Assembly: GCA_029564175.1 (NCBI GenBank)
Contig: JAKQQL010000441.1
Span: 1 to 13,365 of the forward strand
Direction of reading: 5' to 3'
Source: Candidatus Cloacimonadota bacterium
GTDB taxonomy: Bacteria > Cloacimonadota > Cloacimonadia > Cloacimonadales > WRIO01
Length of the DNA: 13,365 nt
Shown here: piece by piece, positions 9,195 to 13,365 of the stretch
Numbering within the stretch: position 1 is the first letter of the stretch
Layout: each line of letters starts with the position of its first letter
Made by a program: the position numbers and the translations under genes
Notes under the pieces: model-generated
What the model saw: only the letters and a program-made list of their open reading frames with translations
The model's database searches: none
What the model was told of the DNA's origin: nothing

Positions 9195-9791
9195 ATGAAT
9201 TTAGAAATTCTTTTTGAAAAAATTGATCATTTCAAACCAAAAGTAATTCTTTTGGAAGGGAAAAGGGATGTGTTAGAACATGATAAAGAAAAGTTGTTTG
9301 ATACAGGTCGCTCATTAGCATTAAACTACCCTGAGGTTGTATTTAGAAGTGGAAATGCTGATGGTGCTGATTATCATTTTATACAGGGAGTGGCTTCTGT
9401 AGCTGATAGTAAGATACAAATAATGACCCCTTATGCCGGACATAAAAAAATGAATCTGCCTTCTAATGCAGAAATTGTGTCTCTCTGTACGATTCCAGCG
9501 GATGAAAATTCTTTTTTTGTGACGAAAGCGAAAGCACTTCTGTCTGAGTATTATGGTAAGCAGATTGAGACTTATCTGGAAAGCTTAAAAATCAATAAGC
9601 CACGGGCAAACAAATCTTCTTATCTATTGAGGGATACTTTAAAAGTTTGCGGTTATGATAAAATCTCAAAAGCAGATTTTGCTGTTTTTTATGATGATTT
9701 GAAAAAACCTGAAACCGGAGGAACCGGGTTTACCATGAAAGTCTGTAAATCGATGGATGTGCCTTTTATGACCCAGAAATGGTTATTTTAA
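9195..9791 (+). CDS. SLOG-superfamily (SMF/DprA-LOG) protein
   Basis: VILLEGKR first strand, RSGNADGAD, LLRD, and GGTGFT preceded by a hydrophobic strand. These match the SGxAxGAD / R[ND] / GGTxxT pattern. ATG 9195 has AGGA upstream and is preferred over TTG 9156. Confidence 0.7.
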   Translation: MNLEILFEKIDHFKPKVILLEGKRDVLEHDKEKLFDTGRSLALNYPEVVFRSGNADGADYHFIQGVASVADSKIQIMTPYAGHKKMNLPSNAEIVSLCTIPADENSFFVTKAKALLSEYYGKQIETYLESLKINKPRANKSSYLLRDTLKVCGYDKISKADFAVFYDDLKKPETGGTGFTMKVCKSMDVPFMTQKWLF

Positions 9792-9854
9792 TATTTACTG
9801 ATGATTGACATGTTTTCTCTTACATGGTTTCTTCTGAAACGGACGATGCACAAG

Positions 9855-10176
9855 CACCGAAAGCTCAGAAAAATGAATAATTGAACAAACACTGAAAGCA
9901 CGGAATTCACTGAAAAGGTTTTACCTTTAACCCTGAAAGGGTGATATGATTGTAGCGCTAAATATGAGTTGCCCGTGGGTTTTACAATTTGTTAAAAAAA
10001 AGAGTTCCGGAGGAACGAAATAGAATTAACACGGTGCGTAAGCGCTATGATAGCAATAAAATAAGTTGTCTAGCGCCGTAGGTGCGGTACAAATGATTAT
10101 CTTCTATGTGAACCACTAAATACACAAAATACACGAAAGAATTTTTTCCCACAGAGAGCACAGAGGACACAGAGAA
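9855..10176 (+). repeat. Four clusters of 9-nt tandem repeats (CACnRAnnn)
   Basis: 9855-9872 caccgaaag ctcagaaaa (degenerate); 9890-9916 cactgaaag cacggaatt cactgaaaa; 10114-10140 cactaaata cacaaaata cacgaaaga; 10150-10176 cacagagag cacagagga cacagagaa. Confidence 0.75.
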
Positions 10177-10327
10177 AAAACAGAAAAATATTAACTTACT
10201 TCCCCGTCACTTCATGCCGCCCCTCAGACTCATTGCAAAAACCTAAATTCCGTAGGAATTGCCGAGTGGTAGCCAGATGCGGAGGTGACTGGTATAGAGT
10301 GTGTTACCAAACAAGCGCCATAGGTGC
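9930..10327 (+). repeat. Five REP-like mini-hairpins (5-6 bp stem, 3-nt RNA-pattern loop, mostly GNA)
   Basis: accct-gaa-agggt 9930-9942; gttcc-gga-ggaac 10004-10016; gcgcc-gta-ggtgc 10073-10085; aattcc-gta-ggaatt 10246-10260; gcgcc-ata-ggtgc 10315-10327. Confidence 0.75.
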
Positions 10328-10360
10328 GACCGTATAAAACCTGCCTTTTTGCACAGACTT
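10226..10360. mobile_element. Putative non-autonomous MITE-like insert, 135 bp
   Basis: Subterminal inverted repeats TGCAAAAA (10234-10241) / TTTTTGCA (10346-10353), flanked by TC on both sides. Removing it restores the perfect palindrome CCCCTCC-ACA-GGAGGGG. Confidence 0.55.
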
Positions 10361-10542
10361 TCCACAGGAGGGGAATTACTTTTCTGCTCTGCTACACTGT
10401 TTTGTTTCATCTTTCTTTCCTACTCCATGCCTGCTTCATTTCTCTTTTTATTATGATATTGATCAAGTGTGATAATGAAGTAATACGCCTTTAAGTAAGA
10501 GATATTCTACAGGATAAATAAGAGAAATATATGAGAAAGTAT

Positions 10543-10570
10543 TTGCATTAAATAGAAAAATGAGTATATT
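10543..10570 (+). promoter_or_regulatory. Possible sigma70 promoter for the hypothetical gene
   Basis: TTGCAT-N16-TATATT. It overlaps ATG 10560, which favours the start at 10593. Confidence 0.4.
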
Positions 10571-10592
10571 GTCAGATAGGAGAGAGAAAACT

Positions 10593-11270
10593 ATGAGGAT
10601 CTATTTTTCAGAAAAAGTGAGAGATTTTCCAAAGAAAGCAGGTGATTTACATCTAGCCTGGTATCAAAATGGCAGAATCTGTATCAGCAGAAAGCTGAAA
10701 CAGCATCAGATGCAAGTGCAGAACTTTCATATTATTCAGGTGAATCAGATAACAAAGGCAGTATGGGAAACTCTGAATCTCAATTTTAGAAGAGATCTGG
10801 CCCGATATGCTTCTCAATACAAAAAGACCTACCCTGGCTTGAGAAAGCGGGGGATATCGGCTTATAGTGCTTTTCTGATAGTGATTCATGCCCTTGTCAG
10901 ACGCTTTGGATTCGATGTGAGTCATCAGGAAAATGCTATTGCAATATTTGAAAAATTACTAGATCAGATATCTGTCTATAAGCTGATTCAGTTAAAAATT
11001 TTGAAAGAGGTCAGATATGCTTACCGTTTTAATCAACTGAATGGTAATGATCTTAAACTTACATATCAGGATATGGAGATAATCGAAACTGATAGCTCTG
11101 AGCATATTTACTTTGACATTTACAAAGATATGAGCAGGGAAAATTCTCCGCCAGTCTATTTAAAAGCAGTAGTAGGGATGAACAAAACGAAGCACTGTTC
11201 GTCCGCATTATTGCCGTTAATCAAAGCGGATTTATGGCTTACCATTTTGCAAATCCCTAAAAAGCATTAA
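10593..11270 (+). CDS. Hypothetical basic protein (short beta N-terminus plus helical body)
   Basis: 225-aa ORF from ATG 10593 with RBS AGGAGA (10578-10583). Arg/Lys-rich N-terminal ~150 aa. No enzyme motif recognised. Confidence 0.7.
   Translation: MRIYFSEKVRDFPKKAGDLHLAWYQNGRICISRKLKQHQMQVQNFHIIQVNQITKAVWETLNLNFRRDLARYASQYKKTYPGLRKRGISAYSAFLIVIHALVRRFGFDVSHQENAIAIFEKLLDQISVYKLIQLKILKEVRYAYRFNQLNGNDLKLTYQDMEIIETDSSEHIYFDIYKDMSRENSPPVYLKAVVGMNKTKHCSSALLPLIKADLWLTILQIPKKH
11172..11204 (+). repeat. GTAG-type REP-like element
   Basis: GTAG directly followed by stem GGATGAACA / TGTTCGTCC (9 bp, one G-U/T pair) with an 11-nt loop. Confidence 0.5.
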
Positions 11271-11294
11271 CATTATTTCAAATAGTAGTTACTC

Positions 11295-12644
11295 TTAACT
11301 CAATGCCTCAATCTTTCTGACATAGGCATCCATGTCAAATTTTCTTTTAAGGCCTGCTGCGTTCATATAACGGACTGTGCCGAATATCTCTCGGCTAGTC
11401 CAGGGTCTGTCATGCTTACCGAAACACCAGGCAATACCGGCATAGGCATTGGGATCGCGTCCATCCAGTTCATATTTATTGTTCAGATACAGGGCTGTAT
11501 AAAAGGCATCTTCGGGGTTTTCTGACCATTCAATAATCTTTTTGCCCCAGTACATGCGCATATAACCATGCATCTTGCCGGTGATCAGCATCTCTTTTTG
11601 GGCTGCATTCCAATAGATATCATGGGTTTCCGCTCTTTCCAGTTCATCAGGAGAGTATAAATAAAATCTTTTATCAGAAATATGATCCATGAGTGTCTGA
11701 CGACTCCAGGCTGGTAATGACTGAAATTGGTTATAGTTTGGATTGTACCAGACGAAATTGATAGCCAGTTCTCTACGAATAATGAGTTCTTCTAAAAATG
11801 AAGCAGAACCGGCTTTATTGTGTTCTATTGTCTGAAGTGCAATATCTAGTGGAGAAATCTGCCCAAAATGCAGATATGGGCTCAGATTGGACAGGTAGTC
11901 CAGAGACGGATCGTTTCGCTTTTCATGATAGATATCCAGTTTGTGATTCAGAAAGTGTAATAGTAGTTTCTGAGCTTCGGATTCTCCGCCTAAGTAATAT
12001 AAAGAAGGTTTCACAGAGTTATCAAGACTCAGTTTATTTATTATGTCTTCTCCTGTCTGTTGAATATCTATCGTAGGGGTAATTTCAGGCTGAAAGTAAG
12101 TGCCTTGATACTCATGAAAGTCTAAAGGTTTGAGGAAGTACTCTATTAGTTTAACAGCTTTCTTGCGAAGTGTAAATGCTGAGTATTCTTCTTTGTTACT
12201 GAGCGTTTCAATAGGAATTAATGCGTCTGACTCTACTTCGGTATATGAACAGGTAATTTTCTCCTGTACCTGTTTTCGCCATAACCTTTGAATTTTCAGA
12301 TAGCCTTTGTCTGTGATCAGCGTATGGGCGTTCAGGCATATTTTTTGAAGATGATCAAATTGATTGACACAATCGATGACCATATTGATATTCATATCTT
12401 TGAGTTGTTCTTTTATTTCGAAGAGATTTTTAGTCATAAAGTCGTAGTGTCTCAGATTCGCTTCCGGATATGATTGTATCAGAAAATATACCAATAAGGG
12501 GAGTTTTTTATCATTTGCCAGACGAATGGCATATTGAAGGGCATGATTATATTGAATCCTTTGTGATTGCTGCATCCAGTAAACGAAATATTGTCCTTTG
12601 GTCTGAGGTTTACCAATTTGATTTATTCTTTCGGTGTGTATCAT
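11295..12644 (-). CDS. phr: Deoxyribodipyrimidine photolyase, class II CPD
   Basis: VYWMQQSQR..NHAL, SNLSPYLHFGQIS, FLEELIIRRELA, MHGYMRMYWGKK and YELDGRDPNAYAGIAW are class II signatures. ATG 12644 has AGGAG upstream (12656-12652). Confidence 0.95.
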   Translation of the reverse strand: MIHTERINQIGKPQTKGQYFVYWMQQSQRIQYNHALQYAIRLANDKKLPLLVYFLIQSYPEANLRHYDFMTKNLFEIKEQLKDMNINMVIDCVNQFDHLQKICLNAHTLITDKGYLKIQRLWRKQVQEKITCSYTEVESDALIPIETLSNKEEYSAFTLRKKAVKLIEYFLKPLDFHEYQGTYFQPEITPTIDIQQTGEDIINKLSLDNSVKPSLYYLGGESEAQKLLLHFLNHKLDIYHEKRNDPSLDYLSNLSPYLHFGQISPLDIALQTIEHNKAGSASFLEELIIRRELAINFVWYNPNYNQFQSLPAWSRQTLMDHISDKRFYLYSPDELERAETHDIYWNAAQKEMLITGKMHGYMRMYWGKKIIEWSENPEDAFYTALYLNNKYELDGRDPNAYAGIAWCFGKHDRPWTSREIFGTVRYMNAAGLKRKFDMDAYVRKIEALS

Positions 12645-12871
12645 CGAAATACTCCTTTTAAACAAGATAAGATAAAAAGAAAATTAAAAAAATGAAAAGT
12701 GCAAAATTACCACTTTTTAGGAGATTTTTGAAAAATTAGAGAGTTTGAAAGACTGAAATAATGACCTGATTAGAAAAAAAAGCAAAAAAAATACAGATTT
12801 ATAATATTAAGTGTTAAAAAGAGATAAGATGATTTAAAAAGTGTAAAAAAGAATTTATTAAAGAAAAAGTC

Positions 12872-12900
12872 TTGACAAAAAAACAGGGGTGCCCTACTTT
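12872..12900 (+). promoter_or_regulatory. Promoter of the tRNA operon
   Basis: TTGACA-N17-TACTTT with an A-rich UP-like region upstream. Confidence 0.75.
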
Positions 12901-12965
12901 GACAATATATAGCGTGAACGAACAAATGATTCAGACAAACGACTGAATCAAGTGGTTCAAAAAGT

Positions 12966-13040
12966 GGGCTTGTAACTCAGCGGTAGAGTACCTGCCTTTT
13001 AAGCAGGGAGTCGATGATTCGAATTCATCCAGGCTCACCA
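12966..13040 (+). tRNA. tRNA-Lys(TTT)
   Basis: Cloverleaf: acceptor GGGCTTG/CAGGCTC, anticodon arm CCTGC-CT-TTT-AA-GCAGG, T arm GATGA-TTCGAAT-TCATC, encoded CCA. Confidence 0.95.
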
Positions 13041-13049
13041 TTTTAATGC

Positions 13050-13124
13050 GACCCCTTCGTCTAGGGGTAAGGACTCCAGATTTTCATTCTGGCAACAGGG
13101 GTTCGAATCCCCTAGGGGTCGCCA
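13050..13124 (+). tRNA. tRNA-Glu(TTC), copy 1
   Basis: Acceptor GACCCCT/AGGGGTC, anticodon arm CCAGA-TT-TTC-AT-TCTGG, 4-nt variable loop, GGTTCGAATCC, encoded CCA. Confidence 0.97.
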
Positions 13125-13133
13125 ATTAAATAC

Positions 13134-13180
13134 GCCATAGTTAAGAATATATAGCATGTTTTTAATTATGGCTCTTTTTT
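13134..13180 (+). terminator. Terminator-like hairpin between the two tRNA-Glu(TTC) genes
   Basis: 17-bp stem 13134-13150 / 13156-13172 (three G-U pairs), followed by TCTTTTTT. Confidence 0.6.
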
Positions 13181-13185
13181 AATGC

Positions 13186-13260
13186 GACCCCTTCGTCTAG
13201 GGGTTAGGACTCCAGATTTTCATTCTGGCAACAGGGGTTCGAATCCCCTAGGGGTCGCCA
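13186..13260 (+). tRNA. tRNA-Glu(TTC), copy 2
   Basis: Identical to copy 1 except one D-loop base (GGTTA versus GGTAA). Confidence 0.97.
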
Positions 13261-13281
13261 TTTAAAAAATATGTTCGCAAA

Positions 13282-13357
13282 GACCCATTCGTCTAGTGGC
13301 CTAGGACTCCAGATTCTCAGTCTGGTAACAGGGGTTCGATTCCCCTATGGGTTACCA
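13282..13357 (+). tRNA. tRNA-Glu(CTC)
   Basis: Acceptor GACCCAT/ATGGGTT, anticodon arm CCAGA-TT-CTC-AG-TCTGG, 4-nt variable loop, GGTTCGATTCC, encoded CCA. Confidence 0.96.
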
Positions 13358-13365
13358 ATAAATTT

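Noticed and set aside
9850..10380. CRISPR array
   Set aside because: The ~70-nt hairpin spacing is CRISPR-like, but there are no near-identical 23-47 nt repeats, the periodicity breaks, and no cas genes are present.
10653..10925. Minus-strand 90-aa ORF
   Set aside because: Lies antisense within the plus-strand ORF that has an RBS and a promoter-like element.
11798..12661. Plus-strand ORFs 11798..12076, 12288..12473 and 12470..12661
   Set aside because: Antisense shadows of the photolyase gene.
12927..12950. Hairpin TGATTCAG / CTGAATCA as a separate ncRNA or terminator
   Set aside because: No U-tract follows; most simply a leader stem of the tRNA precursor.

Overview
AT-rich bacterial chromosomal window, probably from an anaerobic diderm. 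A Cloacimonadota/FCB-like origin is an impression from gene content and is not verified. Left to right it holds: a 5'-truncated PgaC/IcaA-like GT2 glycosyltransferase coupled to a probable YaiO-like beta-barrel; a 54-aa lipoprotein on the minus strand that the ORF track missed; transketolase; an LVIVD-repeat lipoprotein; tsaB; a rubrerythrin/ferritin-like protein; and fhs. An accessory-looking block follows (about 9.1-12.7 kb): a SLOG/DprA-like protein, an ~800-bp spacer, a basic hypothetical protein and a convergent class II CPD photolyase. The window ends with a tRNA operon (Lys-TTT, Glu-TTC x2, Glu-CTC). The spacer is the most unusual part. It contains five triloop REP-like mini-hairpins with conserved geometry, four clusters of 9-nt CAC tandem repeats, and a 135-bp MITE-like insert that splits an otherwise perfect palindrome.
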